NCBI GenBank assembly: GCA_002320775.1
Contig: DCKY01000187.1
Span: 7,161 to 71,160, forward strand
DNA from: Planctomycetes bacterium UBA1662
GTDB taxonomy: Bacteria; Planctomycetota; UBA8108
Direction of reading: 5' to 3'
DNA length: 64,000 bases
The first letter of the stretch is position 1. Each line of letters begins with the position of its first letter. Made by a program: the position numbers and the translations under genes. The notes beneath the pieces are model-generated. The model did not search any database, was not told the DNA's origin, and worked only from the letters and a program-made list of their open reading frames with translations. Shown piece by piece: positions 35,331 to 44,339 of this stretch.

Positions 35331-35798
35331 CTATTCGTCGAATCGGGGATCGAGCGGTTTGCGCTCTTTCTCTTCATCATCGTCATCGAGGGTTTTGATG
35401 CGAATCGGCTCCTCATCCGTGGTTTCCGCATAGTCCTTCCGCGGGTCGGCCGGTTTCTCCGAAGAGTTCGGGCCGGCGCTCAGGATGAAGAGTCCGATGA
35501 TGAGGATCGCCGCGAGGCCGGCCAGGGGAGCCAGCCAGCGCGGCCGGGAGCTGACGACAGCGAAGGGTTGGTTCGTTCCGCCCTCGCGGATTTCAGAGAG
35601 CATCTTTCGCCAGCGCTCCGCGCTGACCTCGGGCGGCCGGTCGTTTTTTGCGAGCCGGGTGAGCTCTTCCGCCTCGGCCGCCAGCTTCCGGTACTCTTCA
35701 GAGCCTGCGAGGTACCTCTCGACCGTTTCTCGCTGTTCTTCGGAGAGCTCTCCGTCGAGGTAGGGGCCCAGCAATCTGGTGAATTCTTCACGCGACAT
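35331..35798 (-). CDS. Anti-sigma factor (zf-HC2-like N-terminus lacking the Zn ligands, single TM).
   Basis: The block RLLGPYLDGELSEEQRETVERYL matches the anti-sigma N-terminal consensus. A TM helix (LAPLAGLAAILIIGLFIL) follows. The gene sits immediately downstream of the ECF sigma gene. Confidence 0.6.
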   Translation of the reverse strand: MSREEFTRLLGPYLDGELSEEQRETVERYLAGSEEYRKLAAEAEELTRLAKNDRPPEVSAERWRKMLSEIREGGTNQPFAVVSSRPRWLAPLAGLAAILIIGLFILSAGPNSSEKPADPRKDYAETTDEEPIRIKTLDDDDEEKERKPLDPRFDE

Positions 35799-35841
35799 AG
35801 TTTCTTCCTGGATTCTGTTTTTCTGGTTTTTCCGGGAGAGC

Positions 35842-36600
35842 TCAGCTGGGCCTGTAGCCCATGGAGCTGAGCGATTCCTGTAGTTTCTTCCGGGCGTAGA
35901 AAAGTCGAGACATTACGGTTCCAACGTTGCAACCCACGACCTCTGCAATTTCTTTGTAGGAGAGATCTTCAGATGTGTGGAGGACGAAAACAACCTGGTG
36001 TTTATCTGAGAGCGAGGAGATGGCTTGCTGCAGGTTCTCCCGGAGTTCCTGTTCCCGGGCATACTCAACCGGCGCCTGGGCCGGGGCTCTGCGAGCGGTA
36101 GGCTTTCCAAGGGCCTCCATGGCGGACTCTTCCATGCCGTGGAGGGGCCGGCTTTTGCGGCTGCGTGTAAAATCGATCGAGCGGTTGACAGTGATCCGAT
36201 AGAGCCAGGTGAAGAACTTGGAGTCGGTCTTGAATTTTTCGAGCGCCTGGTAGACACGGAGAAAAACTTCCTGCGCAACCTCGAGGGCGTCTTCCCTATT
36301 GCGTACAAAACGGAAAGAGATTCCGTAGACTCGCTGCCGGTATTTTTCGAAGAGAAATTCAAACGCGGCTTCATCGCCGGCAAGGAAGGCTTTCACCTTG
36401 AGAATGTCTTCGTTGTCGGAGGAGTCTCTCAATTTCTTTTTCCGGCGATCCAGGGCGGGTTGAATCGGGATGACAACGGCGCCACCTCGACGGAGTTCAT
36501 GGCGGACCTCCACCTCAACATGCGAGGGGGAATCAAAGGGTCCGCGCTGGCGTACCAACGTGCCGTCGATTGTAGCGGGGAGGAGTTGGGCTCTCATCAT
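35842..36600 (-). CDS. RNA polymerase sigma-70 factor, ECF subfamily.
   Basis: The region-2 block is FEFLFEKYRQRVYGISFRFVRNREDALEVAQEVFLRVYQ. The region-4 block is LSYKEIAEVVGCNVGTVMSRLFYARKKL. The N-terminal ~60 aa of the ORF may be an extension, or the true start may lie further in. Confidence 0.8.
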   Translation of the reverse strand: MMRAQLLPATIDGTLVRQRGPFDSPSHVEVEVRHELRRGGAVVIPIQPALDRRKKKLRDSSDNEDILKVKAFLAGDEAAFEFLFEKYRQRVYGISFRFVRNREDALEVAQEVFLRVYQALEKFKTDSKFFTWLYRITVNRSIDFTRSRKSRPLHGMEESAMEALGKPTARRAPAQAPVEYAREQELRENLQQAISSLSDKHQVVFVLHTSEDLSYKEIAEVVGCNVGTVMSRLFYARKKLQESLSSMGYRPS

Positions 36601-36723
36601 CTCTAATCTTTTGAAATATCAGTTCTCATTGAATACTGACGGATTTCCGCGGGTATTTATTCGATTTTCGGAAGGGGAAAATTCATCAGGGGGCCGATAA
36701 GAGATGACTCGGATCTTTTTTTA

Positions 36724-36752
36724 TTGACAGAAGGCGTACAGGCTTCTAATTT
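36724..36752 (+). promoter_or_regulatory. Canonical sigma70-type promoter: TTGACA, a 17 bp spacer, then TAATTT.
   Basis: The -35 hexamer TTGACA is at 36724..36729. The -10-like hexamer TAATTT is at 36747..36752, after a 17 nt spacer. No annotated ORF lies downstream before the terminator. Confidence 0.45.
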
Positions 36753-36758
36753 GCTTCT

Positions 36759-37139
36759 AATTAAACCGCTGCCCGAGAGGGCTAGTCAGGTTTTAGATAG
36801 AAGCGGGCTTTACTTAAGAGGAGCTTACGGCCCGTACGAAGAGAGGTTCGCGGTGGATGCGGACCCAGATAGAGAAGAAGAATAGAAGAGATGTATCCCT
36901 CGAAGACGGTTTTCACCGTCAGGGCCTGTGAGAGTGGTCGGTGGCTCGGTTCCTGGTCTCCAGTTGTAGGAGAACAGGCGCAGGCTCGAGGTGTTAGTTC
37001 ATAATCAATGTTAGTTAGATATTAGCGATTCAACCTACCCTTCCCTACACACCCCACTCGGTAGGTTCCTCCTTTTTCCTCGTTTATTTCAGACCCAAAC
37101 ACCTCCTCATCGAGTAGGGACGATGAGGAGTTTTTTATT
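36759..37139 (+). ncRNA. Candidate novel, unclassified ncRNA/sRNA of about 380 nt.
   Basis: The unit is bounded by the promoter above and the terminator at 37103..37139. No ORF of 60 aa or more lies inside. I checked by eye for RNase P, tmRNA and SRP/6S hallmarks and found none. Confidence 0.3.
37103..37139 (+). terminator. Rho-independent terminator.
   Basis: There is a perfect 10 bp stem, CTCCTCATCG / CGATGAGGAG, around an 8 nt loop, AGTAGGGA. It is followed by TTTTTTATT. Confidence 0.7.
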
Positions 37140-37211
37140 GCCCTCGTTTTTGCGGCCGGAGTTGCCGTGAGCACGAGAGGGCCTCTTTCCCGACGGTTTC
37201 CGTGGGGGTAG

Positions 37212-38687
37212 ATGATACGATACAGCCGTGGGCCAGCGGGGTTATTGCTCCGTAAACGTGGTCGAATTCTTGCGAATCCAACCCTCTGCGGAGTCCGGTG
37301 GATGCAGCTAGTGCGCCGCATAAAAGACGTCCTGTTTTCCGGTCCTCCCGAAGAGCTCACCGGTCCCAAGGGTGTCTTGGTCAAGGTTGGACGGGTGGTC
37401 TACCTCCTGGTGGGGAAATTTCGCAGGGATTTCTGTCTCGAGCGGGCGGCCAGCCTGACCTTCTATTCCATCATCTCGCTCATACCCATGACGGTGCTGT
37501 TTTTCAGCTTCGCCACCAAGTTCATGGGGGAGCGGGAGCGTATCAAGGAATGGTTTATTCTCAAGATACCGAAGCTGCTGGCGCCGGGGCAGGAAGAAAA
37601 AGTGAGCGCCTGGCTCAAGGAAGACATCGGCAGCGATGCCTTCCAATTGCCGGAGGACGCCAGCTGGCTGATGGATTTCACCGCTGTCTGCGGACTGGTC
37701 ATCATTTCGCTGGGAATATTCATCGCGGCCGAGAGGGTCTTCAACCACATCTGGCAGGTGGACAAGCGCAGGAACTATCTACAGCGGCTATTGGTTTTCT
37801 GGGTGATCCTGACGACGAGCCCTCTGCTTTTTGGAGCATCCCTCTGGGCTGAGGATATGTTGCCCACCGGCAGCCTGAAGTCTTTTTTCCAGGATTCACC
37901 ATACTTCGCGGCCTTTCTGGCCTTTCTCGCCTTTACCCTGCTGTACATCTTTATGCCGGCAACGAAAGTTCGGTTCCGCAGCGCCGTGGTCGGAGGGATC
38001 GTGGCCGCGATCCTCTGGCAGCTGGCCAAGTACGGCTTTCTCTACTACCTCGACCAGATTAATAACGTCACGAGGTTTTATAATAAGATCGCCGCCCTGC
38101 CGCTCTTTCTCATCTGGCTCTACGTTACCTGGATGGTGGTTCTCTGCGGCGCGCAGCTCAGCTTTGTTCATCAGAATCTTGCCGCCTTATCGCGAGCCAG
38201 GCGGACTCGTTTGGCTAGCGGAAAACGATCCCTCGCGCAGCTAGGCCTGCAGCTTCTCTACAGGGTCGGGGCCGCCTTCAGCTCCGGCGGCAAGGTCCCA
38301 TCTCTGGAGGCGGTGGCTACTGACCTCGGCCTCGAGGACAGCGAAGGTCTCGCAGAGGCCGCGTCTGTCCTGCTTCAGCAGAATGTATTATTAGGGGATG
38401 GATCGGGCGACGGCGGCTATGCCCTGGCGCGGGATCCGTCCCATATACGGCTCAAGCAGGTCATGGCGGGATTGCGAAAAGCTGAGTTTCCCGGAGAGAA
38501 GAACACGGTCGAATCGTCGGCTGGGAGTGATCGTGACCGGCCAGGCATCAACCGGCTTATCGCCTCGGCAAACGTTTCCTGGGAGGACACCTTCGAGTCT
38601 TTTACTCTGGCTGATATGCTGCCTTTAGAAGGGAAAAAGGCAGGATCGCAAATCATTTCTGTAGAACAAGATAGAGAGTCCGACTGA
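37212..38687 (+). CDS. YihY/BrkB family membrane protein with a C-terminal cytoplasmic extension.
   Basis: It has ERAASLTFYSIISLIPMTVLFFS and six TM helices typical of YihY. The C-terminal extension of about 190 aa is of unknown family. The likely start is the internal MQLVRRIKD. Confidence 0.75.
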   Translation: MIRYSRGPAGLLLRKRGRILANPTLCGVRWMQLVRRIKDVLFSGPPEELTGPKGVLVKVGRVVYLLVGKFRRDFCLERAASLTFYSIISLIPMTVLFFSFATKFMGERERIKEWFILKIPKLLAPGQEEKVSAWLKEDIGSDAFQLPEDASWLMDFTAVCGLVIISLGIFIAAERVFNHIWQVDKRRNYLQRLLVFWVILTTSPLLFGASLWAEDMLPTGSLKSFFQDSPYFAAFLAFLAFTLLYIFMPATKVRFRSAVVGGIVAAILWQLAKYGFLYYLDQINNVTRFYNKIAALPLFLIWLYVTWMVVLCGAQLSFVHQNLAALSRARRTRLASGKRSLAQLGLQLLYRVGAAFSSGGKVPSLEAVATDLGLEDSEGLAEAASVLLQQNVLLGDGSGDGGYALARDPSHIRLKQVMAGLRKAEFPGEKNTVESSAGSDRDRPGINRLIASANVSWEDTFESFTLADMLPLEGKKAGSQIISVEQDRESD

Positions 38688-38724
38688 TTAATTTTGACAT
38701 GATACTCAATGCCCAATTACTATC

Positions 38725-41700
38725 TTGGTTTCAGAAAAGAATCAGGAAGACAAACAAGTGATAAAGTCAGGAACCGGGCACGAAGCAACAGGCCCATTTC
38801 CATTTCCTTCTAGTTTCCAGTTTCGCGAAGCTGAAAAGGCCACGCTCGAAGCTTTTTTCGAGAAGGTGTTTTTCGCTCAGTGCTTTACTGACGAGAAGCT
38901 CAAGGCCATCGATCGCATGCGCTGGAGGCCTGGGAAGGCCGAGTCGACTGAAGAGGTTGAGGCCGTCGAAAAGAGTTCGGAGGCCGCTCCGGACGCATCT
39001 TCCGAGGATGTTTCGTCTGTTGAGAAGCGGCCGGTTGTGGCCACTCCTTATGTCATGCTCTGCCGCGGGGCGGATGGCATAGGGAAGACGCGAATCTTTC
39101 GCCACCTGCGCGAGCGTGCCCAGGAAAAAGAAGTTTCGGTTTACGAAACACACAATTACGAGGTCGAGGGGATCCCGCTCAAGCCCTTCCTCCATACGAT
39201 TCGACGGATCATGCGCGACCTTGACGACAAGTCGGGTCTCGGCCAGGCGAATCAACGAGTCGGCTCGTCGCTGATCAACCGCTACCGCCATGCGCTCGAA
39301 AGTCTGATTCCCGAAGCTTTCGGCGATGTCGGGGCTTCCGCCGAGAATAGCTTGCTCAATTCAGAGAATTGGGAGGACGAGAAGGTTCGGATTTTTGATG
39401 GCATCACCCAATTCCTCCTCGAGGTTTCGGTCCACAAGCCCCTGCTGATCCTGGTTCACGACCTGCATTGGGCTGACAGAGCGACGGTCGAGCTGCTCAG
39501 GTATATCGGGCGCAATCTTCAGCTGAGAAACGAGGCCCTGTCGGCGGAGCATTCTTCGGCGGAAGGAGTCGATGCGGAGCAGGTAACCGAAGATTGGGAG
39601 AGACTCTCGGTTCACACAGATCTTGCCGCTGCCGAGACAGGCCAACTGGAAAAAGCCGAAGCAGTTGCGGGCGACGAAGAGAGCCCCCCTGAGACCTGGC
39701 CTTCCCGGTTGATGCTGCTTGCGAACTATCGCTCAGTTGATGAAGACTCAGGCGGAGAGAGCGACCGCGCCATCGAAAGCCTCGGGCGGGAGGACTTCAG
39801 CTTTCACGGTGAGCTTCGGCCTCTGCATCGGCAGGAGGCGCGGTATTTTCTCGAGAAGTCAATCGAGGGAGTCCAGGTGGGAGGTGAGGGGCTGGAGATC
39901 ACAGCCGACGCGGCGGATGCGGTGTTTGAATTATCCGAAGGGTTTCCGAGCTTTCAGCAGGAGCTGTTCCGGGGAGTTTTCCTGGGCAAGTCGAACCTCG
40001 CCTGCTGGAGCAGTGAGAGCTTCAGGGAATACGTTGACAGCGCTACCGGCGCGGGCGGTCTCGAATTATTAGAAGATGCTCCCGCGCGTCATCGTATCCT
40101 GGTGCGCCGCCTTGAAGATTATTTCTCTTCGGGCGAACAAGGGCGTTTGTCCAATGAGGCCCGGGTTCTGCAGGTCCTGGCCCTGGCCCGTCGGCCCGTG
40201 AGGAGTGACCTGGTGGGTCATGTCCTTGCATTGCAGGAGACCGCCTCCGGTGACGCCGAAGAGATGGCCGCGGCGACCGGCAAGCTCGGCCGCTTTTCAA
40301 ACGCCGAGGGAACCGAGAAGGTCGAGGCGATCCTGAGAACTCTCGAGCAGCGTGGAATCACAGCCCTCGCGAGCCCGGGAAAGTATTATTTCAGGCTTTG
40401 GGATTACACCCAGGTCGTGGAGGCGACGATTGAGCCCGAGGTCAGGACGCTCATTCATCAACGAATTGGTGAGGAATACAGGAGGCGTCTCGGCGAGGGA
40501 AACGGTGAGACCATCTCTACAGGCGAGGAGGTCTACGAGGTCTATCATCATCTCAGCCGGGGCAAGGAGTCATCCTCGGCGATGGAATTCGGTCTCGCGG
40601 CTGGGAATCGCTTTGAGCGGACCTTCGCGCTTCAGAAGGCGAGAGACCTCTATACCGAGATGGTCTCCCTTCTCACGGCGGAGGAAGAGCTGCCGGAGCG
40701 CCTGACGGTTCTCGGGCACCTGGCCAGGGTCCAGGCCACCCTTCGTGAACACGATGGCGCTCTTGAATCGCTCACGAGAATCAACCAGGAGGAGGCGGGC
40801 AGCCTGGAGCCTGCCGTCCGGATTAATCTCTACCTTCTGGAGGCCCAGGTGGTTGCCGCCGCTGATCCAGGCAGGGCGCTCAAGGTCCTGGCCAGGGCGC
40901 AGAAGATCGTAACCGAGGAGCAGAGTATCGAGTCGATCAGGGTCCAGCTTGAGGTGACCCGCTGCAGGATGCTGCGGCAGGACTGGAAGCGGACCATCAA
41001 TTACGGGCTCAAGGGCGCGGAGCAGGCGCAGAAGATTCCTGGCTGCGTCGAGCTGGGTATGTTCTATCGTTATGTCGCCCTCGCCTTTTACCGCAAGGGT
41101 GATTACGCCCACTCCCTCGATAATTTCCAGAGGGGTCTCGCTGTTGCTGAAGATCTCCAGAATTACTCCCTCACGGTGAACATCCTGGATGACCTGGGAA
41201 GGGTTTATCTCGAGAGGGGAAATCACTTCCGTGCCGCGCGGTACCTCTACAAGGCCCTCGAGATGCGTCAGCGGCAGCAGGATGTCGCCGGTCTCTGCAA
41301 ATCGTATGACCAATTGGGGCTGGTCTACCGCCGTGATGGTGACTACCACAAGACGATCGACAATCTCAGCCGCAGCCTGAACCTCAAGCTTCGAACGGGT
41401 GATTTCGAGGGACTCAACCCGACGCTGGGAACCCTGGGGGATCTTTGTTTCCGCCTGGGAAATTACCAGGTTGCTATCGATTATTTCAGCAAAGAGGTTG
41501 AGAACAGCAAGAAGGTCAAGGAGATCGAGGCCGATGAGACCGGGGGCCTCGCGGATGCCTTCGTGCGGATGGGACGTGTCTACTTTGAGATCGGCGATCT
41601 GAAGCAGGCGGATAAATTCTGCAAGCAGGTCCTGATCCTCGCCTCCGAGTTTCAGCTGAAATCGTACGAGGCCGATGCGCTGATGCTGGATGGAAACATC

Positions 41701-43464
41701 AAGGCTTACCAGCTCGACTGGAATCTCGCGGAGAAGAGCCTCAAGCAGGCGGCTGATTTCTATGGGAAGCTCGGTCATAGAATTCGCCAGGCCTGCGCTC
41801 TGCTTGACCTGGCCGAGGCGAAACTCGCCCGTGAATATTACGCCGAGGCTCTCAAGCTCGCCTCCAGGGCCCAGGTGATAGCCGAGGATGTAAGGGCTCT
41901 CGATGTTCAGGTGCGAGTCCTGACGGTTAAGGGGAACGTTCACAGGCACCTCAAGGGTGGAAATCCCGAGAAGGTTCGCGAGCAGCTCGGCAAGGCGATC
42001 GAGCTGAGTCAGAGGCTGAGCGATATCAGGGTTCTCTTCGACCTTTACTACGCGCTGGCAAAGGTCCATCACACAGACCGTGAGTTTTCCGAGGCCGCAA
42101 CCTATTACGGTAAGGCGGATGCGATCATTAAGCGGATCACTGAGCAGATGCCCGAGGAGCTGCGCTCCAGGTTCTCCGATGATCCCCGGCGCAAGATCTT
42201 CGTGGAGGATTTTCTCCGCTTTCAGAAGGAATCTGAGGCGAAGGGGCCGACCCTCGAGGGCCGTGACCGGACGGCATCCCACGGAGATCTCAGGGAGCGT
42301 CCGGTGGGCTCCGATGATTACAAGGGCTTGCTGGAAAGCGTACTCTCGATCAATAGCAGGATGAACCAGCTGGACTTCCACCAGGCCTGTCTTGACGAGG
42401 CCCTGGAGCTGACCGGGGCCGAGCGCGGCCTCATCATGGTGGTTAATGAGCGTCAATACGCGACCGTAGCTTCAGAAGGCTTTGGAGATGACTTTGCCGC
42501 ACATCCAGAGGCCTCCTCGGCGAGCCAGCTTGCCGAAGAGACCATTCGCCGCGGCCGCGGGTCTTACAGCAGCGGCGGTGAAGAGGAAGGTCACGGCAAG
42601 ATGAGGCCCCTCAAGGTCCTGCGGGACCGCTCCGTTCTCGTGATCCCCCTGAAGACGGAGGACAGGGTCCTTGGCAGCATCTATCTCGACCGGCTGAACT
42701 CTCTGGGTTCTTTTACTCCCAGGCACCAGGTGCTGCTGGAGGCCTACGCTCTCCAGGTCGCTGTCGTTCTTCAGAACCGCCGCCAGCTTGATGTGGCGAT
42801 CCGTGAGCCGGTCACGGGGTTTTATACGCCCAGCTACTTCCTTGACCGTCTCCGCGATGAATACAGGCTCTTCAATCTGCATGACAAGTCCTTCTGCCTG
42901 GCGGGCTTCTATCTTCCCGTGCTTGAAGATTCCGTGGGGGAGACCCAGAGCGGTCTCGGGGACAAGCTGGCAAAAGAGATTGCCTCGGTCGCCAGCGGAG
43001 CGATCGTTTGCTGGGGTAACCCGGTTCTCTACCTGCTCTTTCGGGATACAGACCTGGGTATCGCGGAGCAATACACCATCAGGGTACAGGAGAGACTGCA
43101 GGACCTGCTCGGCGAGGATGTTCCCTACGAGGCGCTACCGGTCGAGCGCCGCTACCAGCTGGGTTCGGATATTTATTTTGATCTGCGCCGCAAGCTGCTT
43201 CCCGAAGAGTGCGATCACAAGACGCTCACGGATCTTCGCCAGATCCTCGCCAAGGATGTAAAGCTCAAGGAGGCCAAGAAAATCCTGGAGCGCCAGATTA
43301 TCGAGAGCACCCTGCGTAAGACCAACGGCAACATCACCCATGCCGCGCGGGAGCTGGGAATCCATCGTCCCCAGCTCTCCAACTATCTGAAGAAATACGG
43401 ACTGAACAAAGAGCGCTTCGAGAGCTCGATTGACACCTCACGCATCTCCCCGATAGAGAACTGA
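38725..43464 (+). CDS. Giant cytoplasmic regulator (1579 aa): P-loop NTPase (AAA/STAND-like), TPR array, GAF, degenerate GGDEF, Fis-type HTH.
   Basis: It uses a TTG or nearby start. The Walker A is GADGIGKTRIF. Multiple TPR repeats include YAHSLDNFQRGLAVAED and YHKTIDNLSRSLNL. The GAF domain is LELTGAERGLIMVV...VLVIPLK...LGSIYLDR. The GGDEF-like domain starts EPVTGFYTPSYFLDRL, but carries VCWGNP in place of RYGGEEF. The C-terminal HTH is ITHAARELGIHRPQLSNYLKKYGL. Confidence 0.8.
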   Translation: MVSEKNQEDKQVIKSGTGHEATGPFPFPSSFQFREAEKATLEAFFEKVFFAQCFTDEKLKAIDRMRWRPGKAESTEEVEAVEKSSEAAPDASSEDVSSVEKRPVVATPYVMLCRGADGIGKTRIFRHLRERAQEKEVSVYETHNYEVEGIPLKPFLHTIRRIMRDLDDKSGLGQANQRVGSSLINRYRHALESLIPEAFGDVGASAENSLLNSENWEDEKVRIFDGITQFLLEVSVHKPLLILVHDLHWADRATVELLRYIGRNLQLRNEALSAEHSSAEGVDAEQVTEDWERLSVHTDLAAAETGQLEKAEAVAGDEESPPETWPSRLMLLANYRSVDEDSGGESDRAIESLGREDFSFHGELRPLHRQEARYFLEKSIEGVQVGGEGLEITADAADAVFELSEGFPSFQQELFRGVFLGKSNLACWSSESFREYVDSATGAGGLELLEDAPARHRILVRRLEDYFSSGEQGRLSNEARVLQVLALARRPVRSDLVGHVLALQETASGDAEEMAAATGKLGRFSNAEGTEKVEAILRTLEQRGITALASPGKYYFRLWDYTQVVEATIEPEVRTLIHQRIGEEYRRRLGEGNGETISTGEEVYEVYHHLSRGKESSSAMEFGLAAGNRFERTFALQKARDLYTEMVSLLTAEEELPERLTVLGHLARVQATLREHDGALESLTRINQEEAGSLEPAVRINLYLLEAQVVAAADPGRALKVLARAQKIVTEEQSIESIRVQLEVTRCRMLRQDWKRTINYGLKGAEQAQKIPGCVELGMFYRYVALAFYRKGDYAHSLDNFQRGLAVAEDLQNYSLTVNILDDLGRVYLERGNHFRAARYLYKALEMRQRQQDVAGLCKSYDQLGLVYRRDGDYHKTIDNLSRSLNLKLRTGDFEGLNPTLGTLGDLCFRLGNYQVAIDYFSKEVENSKKVKEIEADETGGLADAFVRMGRVYFEIGDLKQADKFCKQVLILASEFQLKSYEADALMLDGNIKAYQLDWNLAEKSLKQAADFYGKLGHRIRQACALLDLAEAKLAREYYAEALKLASRAQVIAEDVRALDVQVRVLTVKGNVHRHLKGGNPEKVREQLGKAIELSQRLSDIRVLFDLYYALAKVHHTDREFSEAATYYGKADAIIKRITEQMPEELRSRFSDDPRRKIFVEDFLRFQKESEAKGPTLEGRDRTASHGDLRERPVGSDDYKGLLESVLSINSRMNQLDFHQACLDEALELTGAERGLIMVVNERQYATVASEGFGDDFAAHPEASSASQLAEETIRRGRGSYSSGGEEEGHGKMRPLKVLRDRSVLVIPLKTEDRVLGSIYLDRLNSLGSFTPRHQVLLEAYALQVAVVLQNRRQLDVAIREPVTGFYTPSYFLDRLRDEYRLFNLHDKSFCLAGFYLPVLEDSVGETQSGLGDKLAKEIASVASGAIVCWGNPVLYLLFRDTDLGIAEQYTIRVQERLQDLLGEDVPYEALPVERRYQLGSDIYFDLRRKLLPEECDHKTLTDLRQILAKDVKLKEAKKILERQIIESTLRKTNGNITHAARELGIHRPQLSNYLKKYGLNKERFESSIDTSRISPIEN

Positions 43465-43475
43465 GAGAGAGACTT

Positions 43476-44303
43476 TCAGTCTTCCCCCGGGTTCTGCCTG
43501 GGAAATAGGGTGCGGAGCTCTTCCTCACCGGGCTGGCTGCCGAATTCGGAGAGCTCAAAGGCTTCGGCGAAGGTGACCTCCGCTCCGTGCGCGCTTCCAT
43601 AGGTCTCGATCAGCCGCTGGCGGCAGGATTCGGCCGGTCGCTCGAGGAACTCACTCCAGGTGTTCTGCAGCCATAGAAGACGCTCATCGGCCCTGGTGGG
43701 GACGTTGTCTGTTCCAGGCCTCATATTGTAGGCAAGCCATTCGTAGAATTGAGATTCGTGACAGTCGAGCGCGCGCCATTTACGTTTGGCTACCGAGTCA
43801 ATATCTACTGTCACGTCAGCGCGGAAGGGCGCGGGCCGGGTAAATTCATCGAAGAGGTAGGCGATCACCGGGTTGCTTTCAAGATGGGGAACCTCGGGGC
43901 AGACGAGGGGAACGGTTACCATATACGCGGCATCCTGCACCAGGGTTGAGGTGTAGCGGTGGTCTGGGTGGTAGTCGTTTGGCCTGTGGGTGAGGATCAG
44001 GTCGGGGGCGAACTTCCGCACCCTGCGGATGAGGTCCAGGCGGTTCTCTAGGCTCGGAACCAGGCAGCCGTCATCATGATCCAGGATTTCGTAGCTCACC
44101 TTGAGCACGTCCGCCGCTCGCTCGGCCTCTTCGCGTCGGCGCTTCTCAAGCTTGTCCGGAGGCTCCCGGTGGTGTCCGGCGTTGCCATTGGTCATTGAGA
44201 TGAAGGAGACCTGGTCACCGCGGTCGCTCCAGAGCGCTGCGCAGCCTCCGGCATAGATGTCGCAATCATCCGGGTGGGCGCCGATAACGAGGATCTTTTT
44301 CAT
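43476..44303 (-). CDS. PIG-L/LmbE-family N-acetylglucosaminyl deacetylase.
   Basis: It contains MKKILVIGAHPDDCDIYAGG, which includes the HPDD motif, and a downstream HxxH region. Confidence 0.8.
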   Translation of the reverse strand: MKKILVIGAHPDDCDIYAGGCAALWSDRGDQVSFISMTNGNAGHHREPPDKLEKRRREEAERAADVLKVSYEILDHDDGCLVPSLENRLDLIRRVRKFAPDLILTHRPNDYHPDHRYTSTLVQDAAYMVTVPLVCPEVPHLESNPVIAYLFDEFTRPAPFRADVTVDIDSVAKRKWRALDCHESQFYEWLAYNMRPGTDNVPTRADERLLWLQNTWSEFLERPAESCRQRLIETYGSAHGAEVTFAEAFELSEFGSQPGEEELRTLFPRQNPGED

Positions 44304-44339
44304 GATGGTCTGGATGCCGTGGTAAAAGCCTTTAAGAAT

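Noticed and set aside
36759-37139. The idea that the ORF-free transcript is RNase P RNA or tmRNA, on the basis of its size of about 380 nt and an ACGGCCCGUAC resemblance.
   Set aside because: There is no P4 CR-I/CR-V consensus (GGAAAGUCCGG / ACAGAACCCGGCUUA). There is no tRNA-like T-arm (GGUUCGANUCC) and no 3' CCA end. It is left as an unclassified candidate.
40570-42456. A 628 aa minus-strand ORF.
   Set aside because: It lies wholly inside the giant regulator gene in antisense. It is a typical open antisense frame in GC-rich coding DNA and matches no recognisable family.
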